64,000 bases of DNA from positions 407,315-471,314 of the forward strand of contig CP055307.1 in the NCBI GenBank assembly GCA_013374835.1, read 5' to 3'. The DNA comes from Candidatus Woesebacteria bacterium (GTDB lineage Bacteria > Patescibacteriota > Microgenomatia > UBA8517). The notes under the pieces are model-generated. The model was not told the DNA's origin. It ran no database searches and saw nothing but the letters and a program-made list of their open reading frames with translations. The translations under genes were made by a program, and so were the position numbers. Shown here in pieces: positions 36,905 to 47,023 of this stretch (position 1 is the stretch's first letter; every line of letters starts with the position of its first letter).

Positions 36905-38077
36905 TTACTTTTTCCGATAGTATTTTTTTCCTCTCAGTTTTTCTGGCAGTAAATCTTCATTGGTGTATGGTTCGTAACCTTTTCCGTATCCCAGTTCCTT
37001 CATTAGCTTGGTTGGTGCATTTCGGATTTTTAGGGGTGTAGGGAGGTTTCCGTATTTTTTAACATCCTCTAAGGCTCTCATGAAGGCTTCGTATGCACTT
37101 CTGTCTTTTTTTGCTTGGGCTAAATAAACTGTGCCTGCTGCCAAATTTTCTTGGCACTCTGGATAACCAACTTGCTGACAAGCCTGAAAGACTGCATTGG
37201 CTACCACAAGGGCGGTGGGAGAGGCAACATCTTCAGAAGCAAATACTACCATTCGCCTTGCGATGTAGAGCGGGTCTTGTCCTGCCTCCACCATCCGAGC
37301 CAAATAATAGAGGGCTGCGTCAACATTGCTGGCCCTCATAGCCTTAATATATGAGCTAATTATGTTAAAGAACTCCTCGCCTTGGCGGTCAAAGGCAAGA
37401 TAGCGTCTTTGCAATGCATTTTCGATGTCACTGATGACTAATGATTTATGACTAGCGGTCATCGATTTGGCGATTTCGAGTGTGTTTAACAATATTCGTG
37501 CGTCTCCATTGCTTGACTCGATAAGAAATTTTAATGCATCTATCTTAATTTTGAGATTAAGTTTTTTTAGGCCGCGTTGAGCAATTTTGGTAAGGTCTTT
37601 TTCCGAGAGCTCTTTAAGGACAAGAACTCGGCTTCTTGAAAGAAGGGGATTTATTACTTCAAAGGAGGGATTTTCTGTAGTTGCGCCTATAAGAATAATA
37701 TCCCCTTTTTCAACGTGAGGAAGGAGCTTGTCTTGTTGAGCTTTGTTAAAGCGGTGAATTTCGTCCAAAAAAATTAACGGTCCGTCTATCGGCGAGGCGG
37801 ATTGATGACTAATTATTTTTTCGATGTCTTTGGTCTTGGCGTTTACTGCCGAAAATTCGTAGAAATCGCGTTTAAGGTGGCTTGCTATAATTCTTGCAAG
37901 TGTTGTTTTTCCTGATCCAGGAGGACCCCATAATATTAAAGAAGGAAATTGATTATTAGTTTTTTGGCTAGTCAACAATTTAGTAATTATCCCGTCTTTA
38001 CCGACAAGGTGTTTTTGGCCTATGAATTCAGAAAGCGTTTTCGGCCTTATCTTTTCAGCAAGAGGAATACTTTTCAT
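36905..38077 (-). CDS. rarA: replication-associated recombination protein A (AAA+)
   Basis: LILWGPPGSGKTTLARI Walker A, FLDEIHRFNK, MgsA C-terminal domain. Confidence 0.9.
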   Translation of the reverse strand: MKSIPLAEKIRPKTLSEFIGQKHLVGKDGIITKLLTSQKTNNQFPSLILWGPPGSGKTTLARIIASHLKRDFYEFSAVNAKTKDIEKIISHQSASPIDGPLIFLDEIHRFNKAQQDKLLPHVEKGDIILIGATTENPSFEVINPLLSRSRVLVLKELSEKDLTKIAQRGLKKLNLKIKIDALKFLIESSNGDARILLNTLEIAKSMTASHKSLVISDIENALQRRYLAFDRQGEEFFNIISSYIKAMRASNVDAALYYLARMVEAGQDPLYIARRMVVFASEDVASPTALVVANAVFQACQQVGYPECQENLAAGTVYLAQAKKDRSAYEAFMRALEDVKKYGNLPTPLKIRNAPTKLMKELGYGKGYEPYTNEDLLPEKLRGKKYYRKK

Positions 38078-38151
38078 TATATAGAAATTATATACTATAG
38101 CTGATATCAGATATCAGAGTTTAAATCGATAATAGTTAGAAAATAGACGCT

Positions 38152-38385
38152 GTGAGCGAAAAGAAAATTTTTGACAAAATTTACAGATTTTTTAAGGGTA
38201 AAACGGTTATTATTATTAGTTATAGGTTTTCTACGGTAAGAAATGCAGATCGGATCATTGTTTTCGATAAGGGAAGAATTGTGGAGCAGGGAAGCCATGA
38301 GGAGCTCGTTGCTTTGGGTGGTGTGTATGCGAGAGCTTTTAGTTTGCAGGCGGAAGGGTACACGAAAAATAAAAGTTTAAAATGA
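38152..38385 (+). pseudogene. remnant of an ABC exporter (MsbA-like) NBD C-terminus, lacking Walker A/B and the permease domain
   Basis: SYRFSTVRNADRIIVFDKGRIVEQGSHEELVALGGVYARAFSLQ corresponds to the H-loop/C-terminal tail of type I ABC exporters. It is only 77 aa, with a GTG start, immediately after the rarA start region. Confidence 0.65.
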
Positions 38386-39041
38386 AACGAACAAGGTTGA
38401 TTGATTTTTTGAATGGTGTGACCGAGATCGAGGAGGTGGAAAGCGTTTATAACGGTAGTGTTAGTGTTGTGCGGGATTTAGCTTGGGGTACTTATATAAA
38501 GGCGGGGGGACTTACTCAGTCTGGTGGAGTGGCTAAGAAGGTGTGGAAAAGTGTATTAAAAAAAGTTAAAAACCAAAAGCCTGATGTTAGAAGTAGTTTA
38601 ATCTTGGGGCTTGGAGGGGGAAGTACGGCGGGTTTGATTAAAAAATATTGGGAGGGGGTGGAAGTAACTGGTGTGGATATAGATCCTGTAATGGTTGATC
38701 TTGGAAAAAAATATTTAAAAATGCCTGAGGATATTGAAATTATTATTGGGGATGCTGAAAAAGAGGTTAAAAGCAAAAAATTAAAAGGCAAGAGTTTTGA
38801 TCTTATTTGTGTGGATATTTATACTGGAGATAGTTTTCCTGAAAAATTTCAAGCAGATGAATTTTTAATGTCTGTTTATAATCTTCTTAATAAAAGCGGC
38901 GTTATTGTTTTTAATAGGCTATTTTATGGCGAAAAGCGAAGGGAGGCTTATAAATTTGGTGAAAAACTTGAGCGCATATTTGGAAATGTAGATAGGTTTT
39001 ATCCTGAAGCTAATGTGATGTTTGTGATAACTAATAATTAA
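38382..39041 (+). CDS. spermidine synthase-like SAM-dependent methyltransferase domain protein
   Basis: LILGLGGGSTAG..., TGVDIDPVMVDLGKKY..., DLICVDIYTGD, matching the aminopropyltransferase fold. Confidence 0.6.
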   Translation: MKRTRLIDFLNGVTEIEEVESVYNGSVSVVRDLAWGTYIKAGGLTQSGGVAKKVWKSVLKKVKNQKPDVRSSLILGLGGGSTAGLIKKYWEGVEVTGVDIDPVMVDLGKKYLKMPEDIEIIIGDAEKEVKSKKLKGKSFDLICVDIYTGDSFPEKFQADEFLMSVYNLLNKSGVIVFNRLFYGEKRREAYKFGEKLERIFGNVDRFYPEANVMFVITNN

Positions 39042-39045
39042 TGAT

Positions 39046-39063
39046 CTGCCTGCCGACAGGCAG
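39046..39063. terminator. GC-rich hairpin (CTGCCTG-CCGA-CAGGCAG) between convergent genes
   Basis: 7-bp perfect stem with a tetraloop; weak U-tracts. Confidence 0.4.
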
Positions 39064-39080
39064 GTTGATGACTGATGAAA

Positions 39081-39539
39081 CTATCTTGCAAGGAGAGCAA
39101 ATCCGAGAAGAATAAGGGCAACAGGCCAGAATTTGTCAATATCTATAAAGATAAGACCAAAATTTTCGAGAAGGTAGAATATACCGATTGTTATAAGGAT
39201 TAAGGCTATAAAGTTTCTAGTGCTGGATTGGTTTGAGCTTTTTTTTATGTTTTCGCCAAGCTCGTTGGCTTTTTTTCTAATTTCATCGGTATTTTTTTTG
39301 ATGTTTTCGTCTCCTCTCAAGTTTATGTTTGATTCCGACGGTATAATTATCCAGAGTATTATATAGATTAGAATGCTTGAGCCTCCTGCAATGGTTATTA
39401 AAATAAAGGCAAGTCTTATTAGCGTTGCATCAACATCGAAGTATTCAGCAAGACCTGCCGCTACTCCTCCTATTATCCTGTTTGTTTCGGAGCGGTAAAG
39501 CAGTTTGGGTTTTTTGGATTGTATTACCTTTTTTGTCAT
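39081..39539 (-). CDS. PspC domain-containing membrane protein
   Basis: RIIGGVAAGLAEYFDVDATLIRLAFIL, the PspC signature. Confidence 0.8.
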   Translation of the reverse strand: MTKKVIQSKKPKLLYRSETNRIIGGVAAGLAEYFDVDATLIRLAFILITIAGGSSILIYIILWIIIPSESNINLRGDENIKKNTDEIRKKANELGENIKKSSNQSSTRNFIALILITIGIFYLLENFGLIFIDIDKFWPVALILLGFALLAR

Positions 39540-39658
39540 ATATAGCTTTTAGTATAACAAATTTTTTGTTATTAAAATAGAATAGACTAGAAGCTATAAT
39601 TAGCTTATCTTTAAAAGTAAAATAAAGAATTTTTAGTAGTGGTTTAGAATATTTAAGT

Positions 39659-42415
39659 ATGTTTAATATTTTTTCAAGAGTAATTGATACAAATAAAAGA
39701 GAGGTTGATAGGCTTAAGAAAAGAGTTGCCGAGATAAACGATCTCGAGCCAAAGGTTAAAAAGTTAAAAGACGAGGATTTTGTTAAAAAGACCGAAGAGT
39801 TTAAAAAAAGGATTAAAGACGGTGAAAGCCTTGATAGCATACTTCCTATGGCATTTGCCCTTGTCCGCGAGGCTTCGCGAAGGACTTTGGGTATGAGGCA
39901 TTTTGATGTGCAGCTTATGGCTGCGATTGCTCTTTTTGAGGGAAAAGTTGTTGAACAAAAAACGGGTGAAGGAAAGACTTTATCTGCCGTCCCTCCACTT
40001 TATCTTCATGCTCTCAAAGGAAGGGGAGTGCATCTTGTCACGGTAAACGATTATTTGGCGAAGCGCGATGCAGGATGGAACGGTCCGATTTTTGATTTTT
40101 TAGGAATGAGTGTTGGCGCTATTGCCCAAGAGCAAAAAAGCTTTATTTATGATATTGAGTATAAGGACGAAAGCCATGGGGATGAGAGGCTTGAGCATCT
40201 TAAACCTTGTGATAGGAAAGAGTCTTATGGGGCAGATATTACATATGGAACAAACAATGAATTTGGATTTGATTATCTTAGGGATAATATGGTTAATGAT
40301 ATTTCCGATGTCGTTCAGAGAGATCATTATTTTGTAATTGTTGATGAGGTTGATTCTGTGCTTATTGATGAGGCGAGGACACCTCTTATTATTTCAGCTC
40401 CGGATACCGAGCCTACAAATAAATATTACAAATTCGCAAAGATAGTAGATAAGCTAAATCAGGATACAGATTATGTTGTTGACGAGAAGACTCGCAGCGC
40501 AAATTTAACTGAACATGGTATTGCTAAGGTAGAAAAGATTCTGGGCGTTGACAATCTTTATGAAAAGGATTTTGAGTCGATTCATCATATTGAAAATGCT
40601 CTAAGGGCAAGGAGTTTGTACATCCGTGATCAGCAGTATGTGGTGAAAGACAATCAGGTGGTGATTGTTGATGAGTTTACTGGCAGGCTTATGCCCGGTA
40701 GGCGCTGGAGCGACGGACTCCATCAGGCTGTTGAGGCTAAGGAGGGAGTTCCTATTCAACAGGAAAGCAAGACTTTGGCTACTATTTCGTTTCAGAATTA
40801 TTTTCGTATGTATGATGTTTTAGCTGGTATGACCGGTACGGCGGCTACAGAGGCTGATGAGTTTAGAAAGATTTATAACCTTGATGTAGTGGTTGTGCCA
40901 ACCAACAAACCAATGATCAGGAAAGATTTTCCAGACATGGTTTATAAAAGTGTAAGGGCAAAATACGGAGCAGTCGTAAAAGAGATTGAGGAGAGACACA
41001 AAAAAGGACAACCTGTTTTGGTAGGTACAACATCCATTGAGAGGAACGAAATTGTAAGCCAGTATTTAAAGAAGAAGAAAATTCCCCATAATGTGCTTAA
41101 TGCAAAAAATCATGAGCGTGAGGCTATGATTATTGCGGACGCGGGCAAAAGTGGTGCTGTAACAGTTGCTACTAATATGGCCGGTCGTGGAGTTGATATC
41201 GTGCTCGGTGGTGCAAAACCAGAAAGACCCAAGGGAATGACTAATGATCAATGGCTTGAGACTAAGGAATATAAAGAGTGGGAGAAGGAACATAAGAAGG
41301 TGATTGCCGCAGGAGGTCTTCATATAATCGGTACGGAAAGGCATGAAAGCCGAAGAATTGATAATCAGCTTCGAGGGCGTGCCGGAAGACAAGGGGATCC
41401 CGGATCGAGCCGTTTTTATTTGTCTTTGGAGGATGATTTGATGAGAATTTTTGGTGGAGAGCAGATATCGTCGATTATGGACAGATTAAAGCTTCCTGAG
41501 GATCAGCCTATCGAGAATAAACTTGTTTCCAAGGTTATTGAGCAGGCTCAAAGTAAAGTCGAGGGATTCCATTTTGATATGAGGAAAAGGCTGGTTGAAT
41601 ATGACGATGTTGCCAATAATCAGAGGGAAATAATTTATAAACTAAGAAGAAGGATTTTAACCTCGAATGATGTAAAGGATGAAATACTTGAGAAGCTCGA
41701 ACACCAGATTGATAGGATATTAATTTTATCTTGGCCCGAGGAGAATGCAAAACCTGACTATGAAAGAGTGGTAATAGGGCTAACAGAGATAGTGCCTTTT
41801 GATGAGCGTTCGCGGGAGGAGGTTAAAAAAAGGCTTTTGAAGATTGACGACAAAGAGGAGCTTGCCCAATCGCTTAAAAAGATTATAAGTGATGTTCATG
41901 CGGCTCGGGAACGCGAACTTGGGAGTGACACCATGAGGCTTGTTGAAAAGTTTGCTTATTTGGGGTCTATAGATAGGCTTTGGATTGACCATATTGACCA
42001 TATTGATTCGTTGCGCGAAAGTGTGACGCTTCGTGCATATGGACAAAGGGATCCTTTAGTGGAATTTAAAAATGAAGCTTATGAACTTTTTGAAAGTTTG
42101 ATAGACCGCATAAATGAGGAGATTTCAAGGAGGATATTTAGGATTGGTGTGGCAAAAGCTCCTTCCGAGATTCCTTTGGATAAGGCAAGGACAAATATTG
42201 ATGAGCGGGACAGTATGGGGCTTGAGGAGAGAACATCTGATGAGACAGCGATGCATGGAGAGCCCCTTTTGGTTGATGATTCAACCAAAAGGCTAATGAA
42301 TGCGGCAAAAGAGGTTAGCGGAACTATTACGAAAAAGAAAATAGGCAGGAATGATCCTTGCTGGTGTGGTAGTGGGAAGAAGTGGAAGAAATGCCATTAC
42401 CCTCAGGATGGGTGA
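39659..42415 (+). CDS. secA: preprotein translocase ATPase SecA
   Basis: DEAD motor motifs (GEGKTL, DEVDSVLIDEARTPLIIS) and a C-terminal zinc-binding tail CWCGSGKKWKKCH. Confidence 0.95.
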   Translation: MFNIFSRVIDTNKREVDRLKKRVAEINDLEPKVKKLKDEDFVKKTEEFKKRIKDGESLDSILPMAFALVREASRRTLGMRHFDVQLMAAIALFEGKVVEQKTGEGKTLSAVPPLYLHALKGRGVHLVTVNDYLAKRDAGWNGPIFDFLGMSVGAIAQEQKSFIYDIEYKDESHGDERLEHLKPCDRKESYGADITYGTNNEFGFDYLRDNMVNDISDVVQRDHYFVIVDEVDSVLIDEARTPLIISAPDTEPTNKYYKFAKIVDKLNQDTDYVVDEKTRSANLTEHGIAKVEKILGVDNLYEKDFESIHHIENALRARSLYIRDQQYVVKDNQVVIVDEFTGRLMPGRRWSDGLHQAVEAKEGVPIQQESKTLATISFQNYFRMYDVLAGMTGTAATEADEFRKIYNLDVVVVPTNKPMIRKDFPDMVYKSVRAKYGAVVKEIEERHKKGQPVLVGTTSIERNEIVSQYLKKKKIPHNVLNAKNHEREAMIIADAGKSGAVTVATNMAGRGVDIVLGGAKPERPKGMTNDQWLETKEYKEWEKEHKKVIAAGGLHIIGTERHESRRIDNQLRGRAGRQGDPGSSRFYLSLEDDLMRIFGGEQISSIMDRLKLPEDQPIENKLVSKVIEQAQSKVEGFHFDMRKRLVEYDDVANNQREIIYKLRRRILTSNDVKDEILEKLEHQIDRILILSWPEENAKPDYERVVIGLTEIVPFDERSREEVKKRLLKIDDKEELAQSLKKIISDVHAARERELGSDTMRLVEKFAYLGSIDRLWIDHIDHIDSLRESVTLRAYGQRDPLVEFKNEAYELFESLIDRINEEISRRIFRIGVAKAPSEIPLDKARTNIDERDSMGLEERTSDETAMHGEPLLVDDSTKRLMNAAKEVSGTITKKKIGRNDPCWCGSGKKWKKCHYPQDG

Positions 42416-42480
42416 TTAAGAAGGTGTTTAGTCGATCCTTGGGGTTGACGTGGAAGAGTCTGTTTGTTACCTTTAATTTT

Positions 42481-43068
42481 ATGAGTTTAGCACAGTCAAC
42501 AATGAGTCCTCTTGGTTCTGATATGCCGGATTTCCATTTGAAGGATATTGTCAGTGGTAGGAGTGTGAGTTTTGAAGATTTTGAAGACGCTAAAGGAATA
42601 TGTGTAATATTTATTTCGAAACACTGTCCTTATGTTCAGCACATTGCCGATAAGTTATCCGAAGTAGCCAAGTATTATGAGGGTAGTGGGGTTAGTTTTA
42701 TTGCTATATCGTCTAATGATATTGATGAATATCCTGAAGATAGCCCTGAAGAGATGGCAGATATGGCAGAGGAGTATGATTTTGTTTTTCCTATACTTTT
42801 TGATGAGACTCAGGAAGTGGCACAGGATTTTACGGCTGCATGTACGCCGGACTTTTTTCTTTATGATAGTTCTGGCAAGCTTTTTTATAGAGGGCAATTT
42901 GATGGGAGTAGACCGGGAAACAAAGTGCCTGTGACGGGTGGAGATTTGAGGCGTGCGATCGACGATCTTCTTGCAGGGGAAAACCCCCCAAAGGAGCAGA
43001 AGCCAAGTTCTGGGTGCAGCATCAAATGGAAGACGGGAAATGAACCTCCTTATTTTCTTTCCGGTTGA
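42481..43068 (+). CDS. thioredoxin-fold protein (single-Cys CPYV site)
   Basis: CVIFISKHCPYV...FIAISSND...FPILFDE has TlpA/redoxin-like topology. The ORF-track start at 42382 overlaps secA; the ATG at 42481 is preferred. Confidence 0.5.
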   Translation: MSLAQSTMSPLGSDMPDFHLKDIVSGRSVSFEDFEDAKGICVIFISKHCPYVQHIADKLSEVAKYYEGSGVSFIAISSNDIDEYPEDSPEEMADMAEEYDFVFPILFDETQEVAQDFTAACTPDFFLYDSSGKLFYRGQFDGSRPGNKVPVTGGDLRRAIDDLLAGENPPKEQKPSSGCSIKWKTGNEPPYFLSG

Positions 43069-43133
43069 TTTGGTGAATTAAAGAATATAGTTTTTTCCCT
43101 TTTATATTTAATTGAGTTATAATTTGGACTAAA

Positions 43134-43784
43134 ATGAGTAATATTAACTCTGTGGATAAGTTTTTTAATAAATATCCTATAAAAAGATTTAGACATAAAG
43201 AAATTGTTAAAAGGTCTGATGAGGATTTTAAGTATGTTTATTTTCTTAAAAAAGGATATGTGAAAATGTATTCCGTGTCTGTGAATGGGAATGAGCTGAG
43301 TTTAAATATATTTAAGCCGGGGAGTTATTTCCCGATACTTTGGGCAATGGGTGAGTTGGCTGATGAATATAACTATGAAGCGATTACTTCAGCTGAGATA
43401 CGGCTTGTTCCTAAAAAGGAATTTATAGAATTTATCAAGAAGGATCCCGCTATCCTTTTTGACTTGACTTGTAGGCTGACCGCTGGTTTTGGGTCTTTGC
43501 TTAAGAGAATGGAGGTTTTGTTTTTTGGTTCGGCAAGAAACAGGGTAGCATTGGCACTTGTTGTCGCGGCTAAGCGTTTTGGAAAAGAAAACAGCAGGGG
43601 GGAGATAAGAATATCCGTTCCTATTACACATAAGGATATTGCCGCTTTGGCGGGGCTAACTCGCGAGACTACAAGCCTCGAGATGAAAAGGTTTTGTGAG
43701 GAGGGCGTGATTGCTCGTCGCGGTAGAAAAAATATTGTAGTTGTTGACATGAGCAAACTAGTGAGGCTGGCAAATTATTGTTAA
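43134..43784 (+). CDS. Crp/Fnr family transcriptional regulator
   Basis: cNMP-binding beta-roll plus a C-terminal HTH (HKDIAALAGLTRETTSLEMKRF). Confidence 0.8.
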   Translation: MSNINSVDKFFNKYPIKRFRHKEIVKRSDEDFKYVYFLKKGYVKMYSVSVNGNELSLNIFKPGSYFPILWAMGELADEYNYEAITSAEIRLVPKKEFIEFIKKDPAILFDLTCRLTAGFGSLLKRMEVLFFGSARNRVALALVVAAKRFGKENSRGEIRISVPITHKDIAALAGLTRETTSLEMKRFCEEGVIARRGRKNIVVVDMSKLVRLANYC

Positions 43785-43802
43785 TGGTATAAACTTAAAT
43801 TA

Positions 43803-46292
43803 ATGATCTTGTCTCAATTTTTGTCATGGCATTATAGCTGGGGAGTTAGCTTTTACATTAAGAGATATGTTTACGCTTTGGGCTACATAATCCACTTTTT
43901 TTCTCTTTTTAAACTTCCTGCTACGTTATTTGCACCTTGGAAAAGATTGGCTGATACCTCGCGGTCTTCAGGGTTTGATTTTCGGCGGGAATTTGAGAAA
44001 TTTACTTATAATTTTGTCTCTAGATTTATAGGTGTTTTTGTAAGGGCAGGGCTTTTTGTAATCGGAATATTAAGTCTTTTTCTGATCGCTTTTTTGGGAG
44101 CTGTGGGATTTATTTTTTGGATAATTTTGCCATTTTTGTCTTTGAGAATATATTTTTTGAAAATGAGGTCCTCGGCTAATTTGGCCATGAGTATTAAAAG
44201 AAATGCCAGTGATTATCCAGAGCAGGCGGTTAGCTATCTTTTTAGTAATGCGGCTGGTGAGTTTGTTCTAAAGCATACAGGGCTTGTTCTTTCCGATTTG
44301 ATAAATTTTGCAGACATTAAGAAAGTCAATTTAAAAGGAGTGGTGCCTTCAAGTTATGCCACGCTTTTGGACTATTTTTTGGAACGTGGAGTGTGGGATG
44401 AGTCTTTTTTTAGTAAAAGGGGAATTTCCAGAACTGATCTAGTCTTGGCTGCTCGCTGGTGGGAAAGGTTAAATGAAGAAGAAACAAGGGTAGATGTAAG
44501 TTTGAGCTACAGCGGTGCGGGAATAGGAGCAAGCTTGGTGTATGGATATACTCCTACACTGGACAAGTATTTTACGCGAATGGATTTTGTGCAGCCTTTT
44601 GAGCATCATCTAATTGGTAGGCAGAATGTGGTTTCCAGGATGGAGAGGGCTTTGAATTCGGGAATGAGTGTGTTTTTAGTCGGACCGCCGGGTGTGGGGA
44701 AAAAGACCGTTGTTTTGGAGTTTGCAAATAGAGCAAGAAAAGGTGAGCTTGGCAGTGAGTTATCTTACAAGAAAATATTTGAGCTTAATCTTAATTTTAT
44801 TTTTTCGCAGTCAACAGATTTGAATCAGAAAAAGTTAAGGCTTTCGGAAATTTTGAGTGAATCAAGTCAGGCCGGTAATGTGATTCTTGTGGTGAGGGAT
44901 TTACATAGAATTGTTAATGCGAGCGTTGAGGGATATGATTTTACGGATATTATTGAAAGTTTCTTGGAAAAGAAGGATTTGAAGATTATTTCGATATCAA
45001 CAGATACCGAGTATGAGAAATTTATCGTCCCAAATCTTAGAATAAGGAAGTTTTTTGAAACAGTTGAGGTGGTACAGCCTTCAAAAGAAGAGGCGATGGA
45101 AATACTTTTTGAGGCAGCTTCACGATGGGAAAAGATTAAAAAGGTTGTAATATTAACAGCGAGCTTAAGAAGAATTCTTGACAGTAGTGACCGCTATATT
45201 ACCGAAACACCTTTTCCTGAGAAGGCTTTGGAATTATTGGATTCCGTAGTTATATATAAATCTCAGATGGCAGATAAAATAATAAGTCCGGTTGATGTCG
45301 ATGCTGTAATGTCCGAAAAGACGGGTATAAAATTTGCAGAAGTAACCGGGGACACAAAGAATCTTTTGTTAAAACTTGAGAGTGTGATCCATAAACGGCT
45401 TGTGAACCAAAAAGAGGCCGTGGAAATGATTGCGAAAATTCTTCGTAGCAAGAGCTTGGGGGTAGTAAAAAGTAGTAGACCAATAGGGTCGTTTTTGTTT
45501 TTAGGCCCGACAGGTGTGGGAAAGACTGAAACGGCTAAAGTTTTAGCTAAAGTCTATTTTGGCAGTGAGAAGCATATTGTGCGTTTTGATATGGCTGAGT
45601 ATGTCGGGGATCAGGGTGTTGAAAGATTGTTGGGATCCCAAGCTAGCGGTGAGCCGGGTGTTTTAACTACGGCTATTAAGAACAGGCCTGCAAGCTTATT
45701 ACTTCTTGATGAGATTGAGAAGGCGAGTCCTCAGATAATTAACTTGTTTTTGAGCGTTTTGGATGAGGGTATTATTACTGATGCTTTTGGAAAGAAGATA
45801 AATTGCCAGAATTTGTTTATTGTAGCTACAAGCAATGCGGGAGCCGAGTATATTCGCAGACTTGTTTCAGGCAATGAAAAAGCAAGTTTTTTGCATAAAA
45901 AAGTGATTGAATACGTACTGCGAAAGGGAATTTTTTCTCCGGAATTTATAAACAGGTTTGACGGCGTTGTCGTGTATGAACCGCTTGGGCGCAAAGAACT
46001 TGTGATGATTGCCAGTATTATGCTTAATGATTTTGCCGCTCAAATTAAGGAGAAAAATATTTTTTTGCAGATATCTGATAGCGCTATTTCCGGTCTTGTA
46101 GAAAAAGGATACGATCCCTCTTTTGGTGCAAGGCCAATGAGAAGAGTGCTTGATATCGAAATAGGAGACGCTATGAGTAGAGCAATTTTAAACAATGAAA
46201 CACAAGAGGGAGACCTTTTGGAAATTTATTATGATAAGACTCAGAAGAAATTTGGTTTTACTAAGGTTAATAAGAAGTTGACAACTGCTTAA
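43803..46292 (+). CDS. Clp/Hsp100-type double AAA+ ATPase with an unusual N-terminal transmembrane region
   Basis: AAA1 VFLVGPPGVGKKT, AAA2 FLFLGPTGVGKTETAK...RFDMAEY, a sensor-2 region, and two strongly hydrophobic helices at residues ~80-120. Confidence 0.8.
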   Translation: MILSQFLSWHYSWGVSFYIKRYVYALGYIIHFFSLFKLPATLFAPWKRLADTSRSSGFDFRREFEKFTYNFVSRFIGVFVRAGLFVIGILSLFLIAFLGAVGFIFWIILPFLSLRIYFLKMRSSANLAMSIKRNASDYPEQAVSYLFSNAAGEFVLKHTGLVLSDLINFADIKKVNLKGVVPSSYATLLDYFLERGVWDESFFSKRGISRTDLVLAARWWERLNEEETRVDVSLSYSGAGIGASLVYGYTPTLDKYFTRMDFVQPFEHHLIGRQNVVSRMERALNSGMSVFLVGPPGVGKKTVVLEFANRARKGELGSELSYKKIFELNLNFIFSQSTDLNQKKLRLSEILSESSQAGNVILVVRDLHRIVNASVEGYDFTDIIESFLEKKDLKIISISTDTEYEKFIVPNLRIRKFFETVEVVQPSKEEAMEILFEAASRWEKIKKVVILTASLRRILDSSDRYITETPFPEKALELLDSVVIYKSQMADKIISPVDVDAVMSEKTGIKFAEVTGDTKNLLLKLESVIHKRLVNQKEAVEMIAKILRSKSLGVVKSSRPIGSFLFLGPTGVGKTETAKVLAKVYFGSEKHIVRFDMAEYVGDQGVERLLGSQASGEPGVLTTAIKNRPASLLLLDEIEKASPQIINLFLSVLDEGIITDAFGKKINCQNLFIVATSNAGAEYIRRLVSGNEKASFLHKKVIEYVLRKGIFSPEFINRFDGVVVYEPLGRKELVMIASIMLNDFAAQIKEKNIFLQISDSAISGLVEKGYDPSFGARPMRRVLDIEIGDAMSRAILNNETQEGDLLEIYYDKTQKKFGFTKVNKKLTTA

Positions 46293-46319
46293 ATTTGTGC
46301 TTTCATACTTCACGAGGAC

Positions 46320-46979
46320 ATGCAAGAGGATAATCAGCAAACAAGCCAGTATGTTCAAAACCCACAGCCAAGAACCGATATAGGTTTTCCATCTGGAGGT
46401 ACAAAAGAAAACTGGTCAAAATCAAGTATAGTTAAATGGGTTTTTGTTATTGTTGGAATTTTTCTTATAGCGATTGCTGGTGTTTGGTATGTTTTCAACA
46501 GTTCTATGGGTAGCGGTGGTACAAGCCCATCTCCTACATCTTCTTCGGAGCTTAGATCTTTTGCTACTTTGGAGCCTGAAGTTGAGCCAACCCCAAGCCC
46601 GACACCCGAGCCTATTTCCAAATCCGATATTAGAATTAACATTTTAAACGGTACCGGTAAAGCCGGAGAAGCGAGTTTTCTTAAGGGAGAGCTTGAAGAT
46701 GCCGGTTATGAGAACATAGAGATAGCAAATGCACCGAGTCAGGATGAGACAAGAACGACAGCAACTTTTAGTGAAAAAGTAGGCCAGGATGAAGTGGATG
46801 AAATTACTAAGATTCTTGAGGATATTTATGAGACCGTTAGGGTCAGAAAATCGGAAATTTCGGGAGATTTCGATATAGAGATATTGACAGGACCAAGAAA
46901 AAAATCTGAAGCTTCTTCTTCGACGAAGAGCCCTTCGCCAAGCCCTTCATTAAGTCCTTCACCAAGTCCTAGTCAATAA
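46320..46979 (+). CDS. LytR_C (cell-envelope-related attenuator C-terminal) domain membrane protein
   Basis: N-terminal TM, then PS-rich linker, then IRINILNGTGKAGEA...AGYENIEIANAP. Confidence 0.55.
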   Translation: MQEDNQQTSQYVQNPQPRTDIGFPSGGTKENWSKSSIVKWVFVIVGIFLIAIAGVWYVFNSSMGSGGTSPSPTSSSELRSFATLEPEVEPTPSPTPEPISKSDIRINILNGTGKAGEASFLKGELEDAGYENIEIANAPSQDETRTTATFSEKVGQDEVDEITKILEDIYETVRVRKSEISGDFDIEILTGPRKKSEASSSTKSPSPSPSLSPSPSPSQ

Positions 46980-47023
46980 GACTCTTGACAGATATTGATT
47001 GTTTATTTGATAATTAGAAAGCA

